From the NCBI GenBank assembly GCA_035622275.1, contig DASPVQ010000001.1:10607-74606 (forward strand): DNA of 64,000 nt, read 5' to 3'. Of this stretch, positions 49,261 to 59,407 are shown in pieces. Position 1 is the stretch's first letter, and each line of letters opens with the position of its first letter. The position numbers and the translations under genes are program-made. The notes below the pieces were generated by a model. The model was not told the origin of the DNA, did not search any database, and was given only the letters and a program-made list of their open reading frames with translations. This stretch comes from Thermoplasmata archaeon (GTDB taxonomy: Archaea > Thermoplasmatota > Thermoplasmata > Lutacidiplasmatales > UBA184).

Positions 49261-49485
49261 TCAGGAGATCGTCGTAATCTCGTAGTTCACGTCGAGCCCC
49301 TTGAGGCGGGCGTGCATGTCCGCGACGAGTCGAATGACGCCGTCCAGGGAGGCCCGGTCCTTCCACTTGTAGACGAAGTCGTGCATGCCCATCGACTCCT
49401 CGAATCCCAACTGGCGCATGACCTCCATGACCTTGAGCGGGTCCGCCCCTTCCGAGTGGAAGGTCATTCGGACGTACGTACGCAT
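49261..49485 (-). CDS. small hypothetical protein (74 aa, ACT/ferredoxin-like pattern)
   Basis: MRTYVRMTFHSEG..LGF..HDFVYKW..LKGLDVNYEITT; follows a TATA box. Confidence 0.75.
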   Translation of the reverse strand: MRTYVRMTFHSEGADPLKVMEVMRQLGFEESMGMHDFVYKWKDRASLDGVIRLVADMHARLKGLDVNYEITTIS

Positions 49486-49546
49486 GGGTTCACGCACCGA
49501 GACCGAGGCCGCCGGGAGCCGGCCATCGAGTTTAGGCGGCCGTTCG

Positions 49547-49555
49547 TTTATATAT
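49547..49555. promoter_or_regulatory. TATA element between divergent genes
   Basis: TTTATATAT; reads ATATATAAA on the minus strand; 28 nt before the epimerase ATG. Confidence 0.65.
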
Positions 49556-49582
49556 GCTTCCCTGAGTGGTCGACCGCCCGGC

Positions 49583-50557
49583 ATGTCGAACGCGCGCGAC
49601 GAGGGTCCGGTGGTCGTCACGGGCGGCGCTGGCGCCGTCGGGAGCGTTCTCGTGCGCCGGTTGCTCGCCGAGGGCCGCGAGGTTCGTGTCATTGACAATC
49701 TTTCGAGCGGCAAGCGGAGCCATCTGCCCCCCGTCGACGGCGCCCGCCTGTCGCTGACGGTCGCCGACATCAAGGCGCCCGAGCACTACGCCGAGCGGCT
49801 GGACGGGGCGACCGCGGTCTGGCACCTCGCGGCGAACACCGACATCCGCCGCGGCTCCGAGAATCCGCGGCTCGACCTCGAGGAGGGCACCGTCGCGACC
49901 GCCATCCTCCTCGACGAGGCGCGGCGCCACGACGTCCCCGCGATCCGCTTCTCCTCCTCGAGCGTCGTCTACGGCTGGCCCACCGTCTTCCCGACCCCCG
50001 AGGACTACGGCCCGCTGGAGCCGCAGTCGCTCTATGCCGCCGCCAAGCTCGCCGCGGAGGGCCTGTTGAGCGCGCACGCCCACAGCTACGGGATCACGGC
50101 CCACATCTTCCGGTTCACGAACGTGATCGGGCCCGGGATGACCCACGGCGTCCTCCACGACTTCTTCGAGAAGCTCGAGCGGGACCCGAAGCGGCTCGAG
50201 GTCCTGGGTGACGGCCGCCAGTCGAAGAGCTACCTGCGCACCGAGGACTGCGTGGACGGGATGCTGCTCGGCGCTCGCCGCGCGCACGACCGGGTGAACG
50301 TGTTCAACCTCGGCACGCCCGACCGCATCTCGGTCCGCGAGATCGCCGAGAAGGTCGTCGCGGCCCACGGGGGCCGCGCGCGCATCGAGTACACCGGCGG
50401 CGAGCGTGGCTGGGCCGGCGACGTTCCGCAACAGCTGCTCGCGATCGACCGGATCCGGCAGCTCGGCTGGACACCGCGCCACTCGAGCGCGGAGGCGATC
50501 GACCGGACGATCCGCGAGATGGTGGAGGCTCGGCTGGCGCGCTCGGGCCGCGCCTAG
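49583..50557 (+). CDS. NAD-dependent nucleotide-sugar epimerase/dehydratase (GalE-like)
   Basis: TGGAGAVG, DNLSSG, SSSVVYG, YAAAK, GDGRQSKSY, GWAGDV. Confidence 0.92.
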   Translation: MSNARDEGPVVVTGGAGAVGSVLVRRLLAEGREVRVIDNLSSGKRSHLPPVDGARLSLTVADIKAPEHYAERLDGATAVWHLAANTDIRRGSENPRLDLEEGTVATAILLDEARRHDVPAIRFSSSSVVYGWPTVFPTPEDYGPLEPQSLYAAAKLAAEGLLSAHAHSYGITAHIFRFTNVIGPGMTHGVLHDFFEKLERDPKRLEVLGDGRQSKSYLRTEDCVDGMLLGARRAHDRVNVFNLGTPDRISVREIAEKVVAAHGGRARIEYTGGERGWAGDVPQQLLAIDRIRQLGWTPRHSSAEAIDRTIREMVEARLARSGRA

Positions 50558-51591
50558 CCGCGCCGGTGGTCCTCGGCCGACTGCCGGTATGCCTCGACGT
50601 ATCGGCTCACGACCGACGGCCAAGAGTACCGCTCGCTCGCGACGCGTCGCGCTTCCTCCCCGAGGCGCCGGAGAAGGACCGGGTCGGCCGCCGCGGCCTG
50701 CGCGGCGGCTCGGAAGCTCGCGACGAACCGCGCCGGGTCGATGTCGTCCACGATCCAGCCGGTCCGCCCGCTCTCGACGACGCCCTCGAGCGTCGGGCCG
50801 CCGATCACGGGAAGCCCCGCGGCCAGACCCTGCACCACCGCGCCGGAGAGCAGTTCCGCCCGGCTCGGATGCACCAGGAGGTCGCTCTCGGCGTACCGCT
50901 GGGCGAGCTCCGCGTCGGTGACCTCGCCGGTGAGAGTTACCCCTTCGCCGGCCGCCCGGATCCGTTCGGCGTAGGCGCGGTCCGGCGTCGGACCCACGAT
51001 CGTGAGCCGAAGTCCCGTGCCCCGGAGCGCTTCAGCCGCGACCTCCCAGCGTTTGAACGGCGCGACGATCCCGACCCCCAGCGCGGCCCGGCCGTGTCGA
51101 CGCTCGGGCGCGGGCCGGAAGCGCTCGAGGTCGACCCCGAACGGGATCACGGCAATCGGCCGGCGCGTGACCCCGGTGGCGTTCGCGATCGTTCGGGCGA
51201 GCGCCGGCGTGAGCGCGACCGGTACGGCCGCCCGGCGGACCGCTCTCCGCTCGAGCCAGTAGCCCCAACGGTGCGTGAGTCGTTCCCGATAGTACCAGTG
51301 CCGGGAGTGCGTGGTGTAGACGAAGGGGCGCCGCCCGAGGGCGAGCCGGTTCGCGACGACCGGAGAGTTCGCGTGGAGCGCATCGTAGCGCTCGGCGCGC
51401 AGCAGCCGCGGAACCTGCCAGGCGAACGGGTACTCGTCGCGCTGGCGTCGGTGCCGCACCTGGTTCACGATGACGACCTCGTGACCGGCGGCGCGAAGGG
51501 CGCCCGCCAGGTCCGCGAGGAACCGCTCGATACCCCCGTAGCCGGTCGGGGGAATCGGCTGAACGCCGCTGCCGATCAGCACGACCCGCAC
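50554..51591 (-). CDS. glycosyltransferase family 4
   Basis: PPTGYGGIE, IPFGVD, LLVHPS, YSWPSV. Confidence 0.88.
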   Translation of the reverse strand: MRVVLIGSGVQPIPPTGYGGIERFLADLAGALRAAGHEVVIVNQVRHRRQRDEYPFAWQVPRLLRAERYDALHANSPVVANRLALGRRPFVYTTHSRHWYYRERLTHRWGYWLERRAVRRAAVPVALTPALARTIANATGVTRRPIAVIPFGVDLERFRPAPERRHGRAALGVGIVAPFKRWEVAAEALRGTGLRLTIVGPTPDRAYAERIRAAGEGVTLTGEVTDAELAQRYAESDLLVHPSRAELLSGAVVQGLAAGLPVIGGPTLEGVVESGRTGWIVDDIDPARFVASFRAAAQAAAADPVLLRRLGEEARRVASERYSWPSVVSRYVEAYRQSAEDHRRG

Positions 51592-51674
51592 GCCGGCGTC
51601 ACCGGTACTCGAGATTAAGCAGTACCGTCATTCTCGGTCGCTCGCTCCGTGCGGGGGGAGGCAGGGGAGCGTCG

Positions 51675-52499
51675 TTGGCAACCGTCTGCGTCGAGATCGC
51701 GGTCCTCGACGATCGTCGACTCCTCGTCGCGCTCGACTCGCTGGCCGGCCAGCGTCGCCGTCCGGACCGGGTGCTGATCGCCGCGTCGGTGGCGAGCCCG
51801 GGCGACCTCCTCGCCGCCGCCCAGGTGCGGACCCCGCAGCTCGCCGTGGAGGTCGCGCGCCTACCGGCCGGCGTGGTCGCGGCTCGCGCGGCCTCGCTGC
51901 CGCTCCTTCGGGAGGAGATCGTCGCGTTCCTCGATTCCGACGAGCGGGCGCCCGCCGGATGGCTGGGCGAGCTGGTCGCCCCGATCGAGCGGGGGGAGGC
52001 CGCGTTCACCGGCGGCCCCACGAGGCCCTCGCGCGACCCGCAGACCTCGATCGAGCGCTACGACGATCTGCTCGAACGTTCGATCTACGAGAATCTCGTG
52101 CCCCGGAGCATGACCTACGTCCCGCTCCAGAACACGGCGTGGCAGGCCTCGCTGCTCCGTCAGCTCGGCTTCGACTCCCGAATCCCCTATGCGGAGGACC
52201 ACGATCTCGAGCTCCGCGCGACGCGCGCCGGTGCGCGCGGCCTCTTCGTGCCGGAGGCCTGGGTCTATCACGACAAGAGCGGGCCCACGAGCCTGGGTCG
52301 GTGGGCGCTCAAGCGCTACCGCTATCTCGTCGCGATGGCGATGTCGCTCTACAAGAACGGGGAGCTCTCCGGCCGGCTGCGGGAGCGACGGCCGCCCGTG
52401 CGCCACCCCCTGCGCTACGTGGAGTCGCTCATGAAGCCGGTCGCGCTCGCCCACGCCTGGATCCGGTGGCGACGGGTCCGCAGCCGGCCCGCCGGCTGA
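51675..52499 (+). CDS. glycosyltransferase family 2
   Basis: IVAFLDSD (DxD), GFD..YAEDHDL, VYH. Confidence 0.85.
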   Translation: MATVCVEIAVLDDRRLLVALDSLAGQRRRPDRVLIAASVASPGDLLAAAQVRTPQLAVEVARLPAGVVAARAASLPLLREEIVAFLDSDERAPAGWLGELVAPIERGEAAFTGGPTRPSRDPQTSIERYDDLLERSIYENLVPRSMTYVPLQNTAWQASLLRQLGFDSRIPYAEDHDLELRATRAGARGLFVPEAWVYHDKSGPTSLGRWALKRYRYLVAMAMSLYKNGELSGRLRERRPPVRHPLRYVESLMKPVALAHAWIRWRRVRSRPAG

Positions 52500-52578
52500 G
52501 CTCGCCCGCTACCGCGCCGCCGAGGTTTCGGCGACCGTTCGCGGAAAACCTTAAGCGAGGGCCGGTGTCGGCGGGGCG

Positions 52579-53481
52579 ATGTCGTCCGAGGCGGCGCACT
52601 CGGGCGGGGTCACGCAGTCGGGCGACCTCGTCCATCTCGACTTCGACCTCTGGGCGGAGAGCGGCGGTCGCACCGACCTCATCGACTCCACCCATGAGGA
52701 CCTCGCCACGAAGGAGCACCTCCCGCGGTCCGAGGGAGCGAAGTGGGGACCGCGGCCGCACCTGATCGGCGGCGAGTACTTCCCGGCGGCGATCGAGGCG
52801 GCCCTGACCGGTGTCAAGGTCGGCGAGGAGATCGTGCGTGAGTTCGCCCCCGCGGACGCATTCGGCGATCGGGATCCGAACCTCATCGAGCTGTTCTCGA
52901 TGCACGAGATCCAGCGCCTGCCCGAGATGCGCCGGGAAGACGCGCATCTCGATCTGGGAATGATCCTGACGATCGAGGGTCGGCGTGGTCGCGTGGTCAC
53001 GCTCACGGCGGCGCGCGTGCGCGTCGACTTCAATCCTCCCTTTGCGGGCCGCAAGGTCAAGGGGACGTTCCGGGTGGTCGATCGGATCGCGGACGCCGCC
53101 GAGAAGGTCCGGGCCATCGTGGACCTCCAGTACGGCCGGGGTGCGGAGTTCCACATCGAGGCGAGCGAGAAGACGATCACGCTCCGCGTGCCGGATCGAT
53201 CCAAGTTCGACATCGCCTGGATGGCGACGAAGCCCCGCGTGATCGACCGATTGCGCACGACGCTGCACCCGCACGTGATCCGGGTGGTGGAGGAGTACGT
53301 CACGCCGTCCGGCGAGAAGACGGAGAAGAGCGCCGCTGCGGATGCGGCGCCCTCCGCGGCGACGGCATCGGCCGAGTCGACCGCCCCTCCCTCCCCTGAA
53401 GGCGCTGAGCCCGCGAAGCCGGCCCACCCGGCCCGCGCCCCGGCCAAGCACAGCGCCAAGGCGCCTGCGAAGGCCGACTGA
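52579..53481 (+). CDS. slyD: long-type FKBP peptidyl-prolyl isomerase (SlyD family)
   Basis: LIDST, PADAFGDRDP, VRVDFNPPFAGR; archaeal C-terminal domain. Confidence 0.88.
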   Translation: MSSEAAHSGGVTQSGDLVHLDFDLWAESGGRTDLIDSTHEDLATKEHLPRSEGAKWGPRPHLIGGEYFPAAIEAALTGVKVGEEIVREFAPADAFGDRDPNLIELFSMHEIQRLPEMRREDAHLDLGMILTIEGRRGRVVTLTAARVRVDFNPPFAGRKVKGTFRVVDRIADAAEKVRAIVDLQYGRGAEFHIEASEKTITLRVPDRSKFDIAWMATKPRVIDRLRTTLHPHVIRVVEEYVTPSGEKTEKSAAADAAPSAATASAESTAPPSPEGAEPAKPAHPARAPAKHSAKAPAKAD

Positions 53482-53546
53482 ACGGCCCCGCCACCTCCCG
53501 GGTACGAACCGGATAGGGTTGAAGGCGGATCGCCTCGGTGCCCTCG

Positions 53547-53672
53547 ATGGCGGACGATCCCAAGCGCGGCTCTCGCGTGTTCCTGGTGGTGACCTTCGCG
53601 GTCGCGATCGCGGTCGCGACCCTGATCATCTACTTCGGGATCTCCGGGCAGATCGGCGGCCCGATCCCGTGA
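53547..53672 (+). CDS. small single-TM membrane protein (41 aa)
   Basis: read by hand: MADDPKRGSRVFLVVTFAVAIAVATLIIYFGISGQIGGPIP; GC3-rich codons. Confidence 0.6.
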   Translation: MADDPKRGSRVFLVVTFAVAIAVATLIIYFGISGQIGGPIP

Positions 53673-53725
53673 TGGGGCCGGTGCGAGCCGGGTCGAGATA
53701 AACCACCGGGCCGCTGGCGCCGGCC

Positions 53726-53857
53726 GTGAGCGCAGCCATCGCCTCGCCGATGGAGCCGGGGGAACGCGGGGCCAATCTCGGTTGGATCCTTGGGTTCGTC
53801 ACGATCGCGCTCGTGCTGGCGATCGGGGCCGGGCTCTGGTTCACCTTCCACCCGTAG
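53726..53857 (+). CDS. small single-TM membrane protein (43 aa; alternative ATG at 53750)
   Basis: read by hand: MSAAIASPMEPGERGANLGWILGFVTIALVLAIGAGLWFTFHP; GATAAA box about 25 nt upstream. Confidence 0.55.
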   Translation: MSAAIASPMEPGERGANLGWILGFVTIALVLAIGAGLWFTFHP

Positions 53858-54407
53858 CCGCGGAGCCGGCGTCGGGTAACCTCGGGCGACGGTAGAGATA
53901 GACGTCGGTCGCGGGGTCGTAGACCTCCGCGGTCCAGCCGGGCACGGGGTGTACATAGCTCACGATCCGCGCGCCCGGCGGCAGCTCGCGCTCCAGCTTC
54001 GGGCGGAGGCGGTCCATCGCGCGGCCCCAGAGAAAGGTGGTGACGACACTGGCGGCCCGGAAGTCGAGCCGGAAGAAGTCCCCCCAGACGATCGCGATGC
54101 GATCGGCGAACGGGCCGAGCGCCCGGCGGACCCGCAGGATCAGCACCCGGACCGGCTCGACCTCGACCGCGACGACCCGCGCGCGGTAGACGCGGGCCGC
54201 CCGGAAGACGATGGAGCCCGTCCCCGCGCCCAGGTCGTAGACCGTGTCGCGCTCGCTGACCTCGGCGAGACGCAGCATCTCTTCGACCGAGCGCCGCGGC
54301 GTCGGCTGGTAGCCGGCGCCGAAGGCGAACGACGCGAACACGAAGTAGGCGACCGCCACCAGCGCGACGAACATCGCGAGGATCACGGCGACGGGCAGGA
54401 GGGGCAT
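53841..54407 (-). CDS. class I SAM-dependent methyltransferase with N-terminal TM
   Basis: GAGYQPTP, YDLGAGTG, PKLERELPPGARIVS. Confidence 0.88.
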   Translation of the reverse strand: MPLLPVAVILAMFVALVAVAYFVFASFAFGAGYQPTPRRSVEEMLRLAEVSERDTVYDLGAGTGSIVFRAARVYRARVVAVEVEPVRVLILRVRRALGPFADRIAIVWGDFFRLDFRAASVVTTFLWGRAMDRLRPKLERELPPGARIVSYVHPVPGWTAEVYDPATDVYLYRRPRLPDAGSAATGGR

Positions 54408-54415
54408 CGATGGCC

Positions 54416-55375
54416 CTACCGCGCCCGCCGCTCGCGCCGGACCCGTTCGGCCGCGCTCTCGGGGTCCAGCTCGCGGGCGACGACCCGATCGACGAGGGCG
54501 CGCAGCCGGGGCTCACGCTCGAGCCGTGCCGTGAGCTCGTCCCCGATCCGGGCCCGGACGCGCTCTACGATCTCGACGGCGACGCGTCGGCGCTCGTCCG
54601 CGGCCCGCTGACCGGACTGGTCGAGAAACCGCTCGTGCGCCTCGATCGCGGTCCAGAGCTCGTCGATCCCGGTCGCCGGGTTCGTGGACGTGGCCACGAC
54701 CGACGGGGTCCACCCCGAGCGCGCGCCCAGATGGACGAGCTCCCGCAGGTCCCGCTCGGCCAGCTCCGCGCCGGGCAGATCGGATTTGTTCACGCAGAAG
54801 ACGTCCGCGATCTCGAAGAGGCCGGCTTTGAGGGTCTGCACTTCATCGCCGAGGTGCGGCACGAGCACCACGACGCGCGTCGAGGCGACGTCGCGGATCG
54901 CGAGATCGACCTGACCGCTCCCCACCGTCTCGACGAGGACGACGTCGAACCCGGCGGCGTCCATGAGGCGGGCGACCTCGCGCGTCGCCGCAGCAATGCC
55001 ACCCTCTTCCCCGCGGCTCGCCATGGAGCGGAAGAAGACGCCGGTGTCGTGCGCGCTTCGATCGAAGCGGATCCGGTCGCCCAGGACCGACCCGCCGCTG
55101 AAGGGGCTCGACGGGTCGACCGCGATCACCGCCACGGTGCGGTCGAGCGCGCGCAGCCGGTTGACGAGCAGGTTGATCAGGCTCGACTTGCCGACGCCGA
55201 GCGGACCGGTGATCCCGATCACCGGCGCCCGACCGGTGCGAGGGAACAGGGCGCGCGAGATTGCGACGGCGGCCGGATCTCGGTCCTCCACCTGGGAGAT
55301 CGCTCGGGCGAGGACTCGACGGTCGCCGGACCGGATCGCCCGCGCGGCCGCGGGCAGCGGGGCCCGTCGCGTCAT
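54416..55375 (-). CDS. meaB: methylmalonyl-CoA mutase-associated GTPase MeaB
   Basis: [49 protein letters not shown]. Confidence 0.95.
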   Translation of the reverse strand: MTRRAPLPAAARAIRSGDRRVLARAISQVEDRDPAAVAISRALFPRTGRAPVIGITGPLGVGKSSLINLLVNRLRALDRTVAVIAVDPSSPFSGGSVLGDRIRFDRSAHDTGVFFRSMASRGEEGGIAAATREVARLMDAAGFDVVLVETVGSGQVDLAIRDVASTRVVVLVPHLGDEVQTLKAGLFEIADVFCVNKSDLPGAELAERDLRELVHLGARSGWTPSVVATSTNPATGIDELWTAIEAHERFLDQSGQRAADERRRVAVEIVERVRARIGDELTARLEREPRLRALVDRVVARELDPESAAERVRRERRAR

Positions 55376-55788
55376 GCGCTCGCGCGCGCCAGATTCCGAG
55401 CGGTCGATACGATTTCCTCGAGCGAGCTCCCTGGACCGAAGATCGCCCGGATGCCGGCCCGCCGCAATCGGCGAGCGTCCTCGTCCGGGATGATCCCGCC
55501 GGCGAAGACGGGGATGCCCCCGGCCTTCTCCCGCTTGAGCAGGTTGAGCACCTTCGGAAACAGGGCCATGTGAGCGCCGGACAGGATCGATAGGCCGATC
55601 AGGTCCACGTCCTCCTCGAGCGCGGCGCGTACGATCTCCTCGGGGGTCTGGCGAAGCCCCGCGTAGATCACTTCCATCCCCGCGTCCCGCAGCGCGCGAG
55701 CCACGACCTTCGCGCCGCGATCATGTCCGTCCAAGCCGGGCTTGGCGATCAGCACCCGGATCGGCGTCGCCTTCGGGGACTTTGCCAT
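55372..55788 (-). CDS. cobalamin-binding domain protein (acyl-CoA mutase small subunit)
   Basis: [12 protein letters not shown] (DxHxxG), SILSGAH, GGIIP, FGPG. Confidence 0.95.
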   Translation of the reverse strand: MAKSPKATPIRVLIAKPGLDGHDRGAKVVARALRDAGMEVIYAGLRQTPEEIVRAALEEDVDLIGLSILSGAHMALFPKVLNLLKREKAGGIPVFAGGIIPDEDARRLRRAGIRAIFGPGSSLEEIVSTARNLARASA

Positions 55789-55848
55789 CGGCGTCCTTCG
55801 CACGTACGACGGGACCCGCGGAAAAAAGGTTTCGCGTGGACCCTCGGC

Positions 55849-56754
55849 TCACGCCAGCGCCACCAGGTCGAGCACCAGGTTGCCCGCGAGGAGCGTGAGC
55901 ACGGCGCCGACGGCCATGACCACGAGGAACGGGATTTGGGGGGTCACCCAGACGGTCTCGACCCCCTTCGCCGTCAGCTCCTGCGCGAGCCGGGCGCGCA
56001 GCTGTCGATCCTCCTCCGAGGTCTCGACGTCCGCCGCGTTCGACCGCATGGGGTTCTCGAGCCAGACATAGCGCTCGGGCAGCTCCCGGACCGGTATCCG
56101 GTAGCCGGAGAATCCGCCCGGGAAGTGGAACTCCTTGCGCGCCACGTTCCGCAGCCCGATGGCGAGCGGAATCGCGAGCGAGACGAGCGCCGCGTTGGTC
56201 AGCAGGTCCAGGGAGAAGGGGACCCAGCCCAGAACACCGGCGAGGGTCCCGCCGAGCGGCCATGCGACCGCGGTGAACGTCGGCACGAGGACCCCGGCGA
56301 TCATCAGGGCTTTCGCGTCGGCCCCACCGTAGAGAACGCCCGCCTCGAAGAGCCCGCGGGCGAGGAGGATGCTCGCGAGCAGGGCCACGACCGCCCAGGG
56401 CACCTCGCTCGGTCCGACGCCGACCCGGACGACCGCGATGGCGACGGCCGCCACCACGACGGCGTACGCGACCGCTTCGATGCCGTCCGCGAGCCGGTCC
56501 GCGCGCTCGCCGAGCAGGTCGTCCCAGGGGAACATGTGTTCGAGCGCGAGGCCCCCGACGAGGAGCCACAGGGCGGTCGGCAGCAGCCCTCCGCCACCGA
56601 ACGCCACCGCGCCGAGCGCCACCCCGATCAGGCCCAGCCACTGCCAGAGCCGGTCGGTGACCTCCCGGTCCTTGAGATCGGACCACGCCGCGAAGCCGAA
56701 ACCGGCGACCAGGGCGGCCAGCTGGGCCCCGAGGATCCCTTCGGCGAGGCTCAC
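55849..56754 (-). CDS. A24 family prepilin/preflagellin peptidase (FlaK/PibD-like)
   Basis: WSDLKDREV and YGGADAK catalytic Asp motifs; VWVTPQIPF. Confidence 0.88.
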   Translation of the reverse strand: MSLAEGILGAQLAALVAGFGFAAWSDLKDREVTDRLWQWLGLIGVALGAVAFGGGGLLPTALWLLVGGLALEHMFPWDDLLGERADRLADGIEAVAYAVVVAAVAIAVVRVGVGPSEVPWAVVALLASILLARGLFEAGVLYGGADAKALMIAGVLVPTFTAVAWPLGGTLAGVLGWVPFSLDLLTNAALVSLAIPLAIGLRNVARKEFHFPGGFSGYRIPVRELPERYVWLENPMRSNAADVETSEEDRQLRARLAQELTAKGVETVWVTPQIPFLVVMAVGAVLTLLAGNLVLDLVALA

Positions 56755-56874
56755 GCGCCCGACTCCCCCTCTCGGCGGACGCGACGCGGGGCGGACCTCT
56801 TAAGCCCCCGCTTGGGCGCGCAGCCCGCGCGGGGAAGTCGCTTATTTTAGCCATCGTGGACTCGTCAGAGCGCA

Positions 56875-57765
56875 ATGACGACGAGCGGCCCGGCCGGACC
56901 GGACACGGACCGGGCCCGGGGCCGACGGCGTCGCTGGACGGCGGGTGTCGCCGCGGCCGCGCTCACGGCGATCGTCGTCGTCGCCGGACTGTACGTGGGT
57001 GGCTACCTGGGCGCGCACCCGGGCGCGAGCCTTCCTCCGTACCTGACGTTCTCCCAAGCGGCCTCGGCAGCCGAGTCGCGATCCGGCTCGGCGGCCGGGG
57101 GTCCCTGGTTCGGCGTCGCCGCGGACGCGATCGTCACTCCGGTCGCGGTGCTCGAGCCGGCCGCGAACCTCACCTCGCTCTTAGGACTCGCCGACTGCAC
57201 CGTCAACTGGACCTCGGGCATGCCCTCGAACCTGGCGGTCCCCGCGACGGCCGCGACCGCCGAGCTGGGGACCGCGGCCTACTGGACCGTCCTGCTGAAG
57301 AACGCGACCAACGCGCTGCTCGTCGACTCGGTCTCGCAGGGAAAGGCGGCGTCGCTGGCGACACTGACCGGCGGTGACTGCGCCCGACTCGCCGGCTCGC
57401 TGCTCAGCTTCGGGGCCGGCCTCGTCGATTCCCCCCAAGCGGTCTCGGCGGCGAACGCAATGGGCGGCGCGAGCTTCCTCGACCGATATCCGAACGCGTC
57501 CGAGACCTGGGCCGTGGCGGGCGGCTTCTCCCTCGGGGGCATCCTGACGACCAGCCCGGAGTGGCTGCTCGAGTACACCACCTGCAGCTTCCCGCCAGCC
57601 GCGGGGGCCCAGGGCCTCGCGTTCAACGCCACGGTCGGCGGGACCTCCGGCGTGGTGACGAACCACACGAGCGGTCCGGTCTCCTGCTCGCTCACGATAC
57701 CCTCGGGGCTCACCCTCGGGCTGCCGGCGCCGACCGGCCCGCCGGTCGTCGGCAAAGCTATTTAA
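56875..57765 (+). CDS. hypothetical exported/membrane-anchored protein
   Basis: basic N-region plus TM helix; Ser/Thr/Ala-rich body with N-x-S/T sequons and four Cys. Confidence 0.72.
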   Translation: MTTSGPAGPDTDRARGRRRRWTAGVAAAALTAIVVVAGLYVGGYLGAHPGASLPPYLTFSQAASAAESRSGSAAGGPWFGVAADAIVTPVAVLEPAANLTSLLGLADCTVNWTSGMPSNLAVPATAATAELGTAAYWTVLLKNATNALLVDSVSQGKAASLATLTGGDCARLAGSLLSFGAGLVDSPQAVSAANAMGGASFLDRYPNASETWAVAGGFSLGGILTTSPEWLLEYTTCSFPPAAGAQGLAFNATVGGTSGVVTNHTSGPVSCSLTIPSGLTLGLPAPTGPPVVGKAI

Positions 57766-57768
57766 ATA
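57761..57768 (+). promoter_or_regulatory. TATA box for the rps6e-aIF2gamma operon
   Basis: TTTAAATA 30 nt before the rps6e ATG, preceded by a CAAAG BRE-like tract. Confidence 0.72.
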
Positions 57769-57797
57769 GCCTCCAACTCCGCGGCCGCGCTCGCGCC

Positions 57798-58175
57798 ATG
57801 GTCGAGTACAAGCTCGTCATCTCGGACCGCGACCGGTCGATCGCCCGGACGGTCGGCGATCCCCAGGCGGCCGGCTTCCTGGGCAAGCGGATCGGGGAGT
57901 CGATCGGCGGCGAGCTGATCGGCGCAACGGGCTACACCTTTCGCATCACCGGGGGCACCGACAAGAGCGGCTTCCCGCTGCGGCCCGATCTTCCCGGCGC
58001 GCGTCAGACCCGGCTCTATGTCGGGGACGGATTCGGATTCCACGCCCCCCGCCACGGCATGCGCAAGCGACGAACGTTCCGCGGCAATACGGTCAGTGAG
58101 GACACGGTCCAGATCAACCTGATCGTGGAGCAGAAGGGCGGCAAGCCGCTCGCGGAGCTGTTCGCCGCGTCATGA
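57798..58175 (+). CDS. rps6e: 30S ribosomal protein eS6
   Basis: KLVISD, ITGGTDKSGFP, RKRRTFRGN. Confidence 0.96.
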   Translation: MVEYKLVISDRDRSIARTVGDPQAAGFLGKRIGESIGGELIGATGYTFRITGGTDKSGFPLRPDLPGARQTRLYVGDGFGFHAPRHGMRKRRTFRGNTVSEDTVQINLIVEQKGGKPLAELFAAS

Positions 58176-59407
58176 AGGTCCCACGCCAGCCCGAGGTGAA
58201 CATCGGCCTCGTCGGCCACGTCGACCACGGCAAGACGACGCTCACTCAGGCGCTGACGGGCGAGTGGACCGACCGCCACTCCGAGGAGCTCAAGCGCGGG
58301 ATCTCGATCAAGCTCGGCTACGCGGACACCGCGTTCTACCGGTGCCCCAACGACCCTCCGCCGACCTGCTTCTCGACCCAGCCGACGTGCCCGAACTGTG
58401 GCGCGGAGGGCCAGTTCCTGCGCGCGGTCTCGTTCGTCGACGCGCCGGGGCACGAGACGCTGATGGAGACGATGCTGTCGGGCGCTGCCATCATGGACGG
58501 GGCGCTCCTCCTCGTCGCCGCGAACGAGAAGGTCCCCCAGCCGCAAACGCGCGAGCATCTCTACGCGCTCGACATCATCGGAGTGCGCAAGGTGGTGGTC
58601 GTCCAGAACAAGATCGACCTGGTCTCTTCCGAGGCGGCCGAGGAGAACCACCGCGAGACGGTCGACTTCCTCAAGTCGTCGCCGCTCGCGAACGCGCCCG
58701 TGGTTCCGGTCAGCGCCAACCACCGGGTGAACGTCGACGCGCTGATCGAGGCGATCGAGGCGACGATCCCGACTCCGCCCCGCGACCTCACGAAACCGCC
58801 CCTGATGTACGTGGCCCGCTCCTTCGACATCAATCGGCCCGGCACGCGGCCACGGGACCTGAAGGGCGGCGTGCTCGGCGGTTCGCTGCTCCAGGGCCGG
58901 ATCGCCGTCGGGGAGGACATCGAGATCCGACCGGGCCCTTCGGGCGCGGCGAACGGCCAGTCCGAGTCGCTCACGACCACCGTCGCGTCGATCGTCTCCG
59001 GGGGCCAGGAGTGGCCGGAGCTCCGACCCGGTGGCCTCGCGGCGATCGGGACGGGCCTCGACCCGGCGCTCGCGAAAGCCGATGGCCTGACCGGCCGCCT
59101 TGTCGGCAGCGCCGGCACGCTGCCGCCGCTGACGCAGAAGATCCGCCTGAAGGCGACCCTGCTCGACCGGGTCCTCGGGGCGCAGCGGGAGATCAAGGTC
59201 GAAAAGATCCGTACGAGCGAGTTGCTCGCGATCACCGTCGGCACCACCGTCGCGAGCGGCAAGGTCACGAGCGCGCGGGGGGACGAGGTGGAGCTGGCGC
59301 TGAACCGCGCCGTGACCGTGTTCCCGGGGAGCCGGGTCGCGATCTCGCGCCGACTCAATGCCTGGCGGCTGATCGGTTACGGGATCGTGGAGGGCGGCGC
59401 GAAGTGA
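58172..59407 (+). CDS. eif2g: translation initiation factor aIF2 subunit gamma
   Basis: QPEVNIGLVGHVDHGKTT, RGISIKLGY, DAPGHE, NKID, WRLIGYG. Confidence 0.97.
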   Translation: MKVPRQPEVNIGLVGHVDHGKTTLTQALTGEWTDRHSEELKRGISIKLGYADTAFYRCPNDPPPTCFSTQPTCPNCGAEGQFLRAVSFVDAPGHETLMETMLSGAAIMDGALLLVAANEKVPQPQTREHLYALDIIGVRKVVVVQNKIDLVSSEAAEENHRETVDFLKSSPLANAPVVPVSANHRVNVDALIEAIEATIPTPPRDLTKPPLMYVARSFDINRPGTRPRDLKGGVLGGSLLQGRIAVGEDIEIRPGPSGAANGQSESLTTTVASIVSGGQEWPELRPGGLAAIGTGLDPALAKADGLTGRLVGSAGTLPPLTQKIRLKATLLDRVLGAQREIKVEKIRTSELLAITVGTTVASGKVTSARGDEVELALNRAVTVFPGSRVAISRRLNAWRLIGYGIVEGGAK

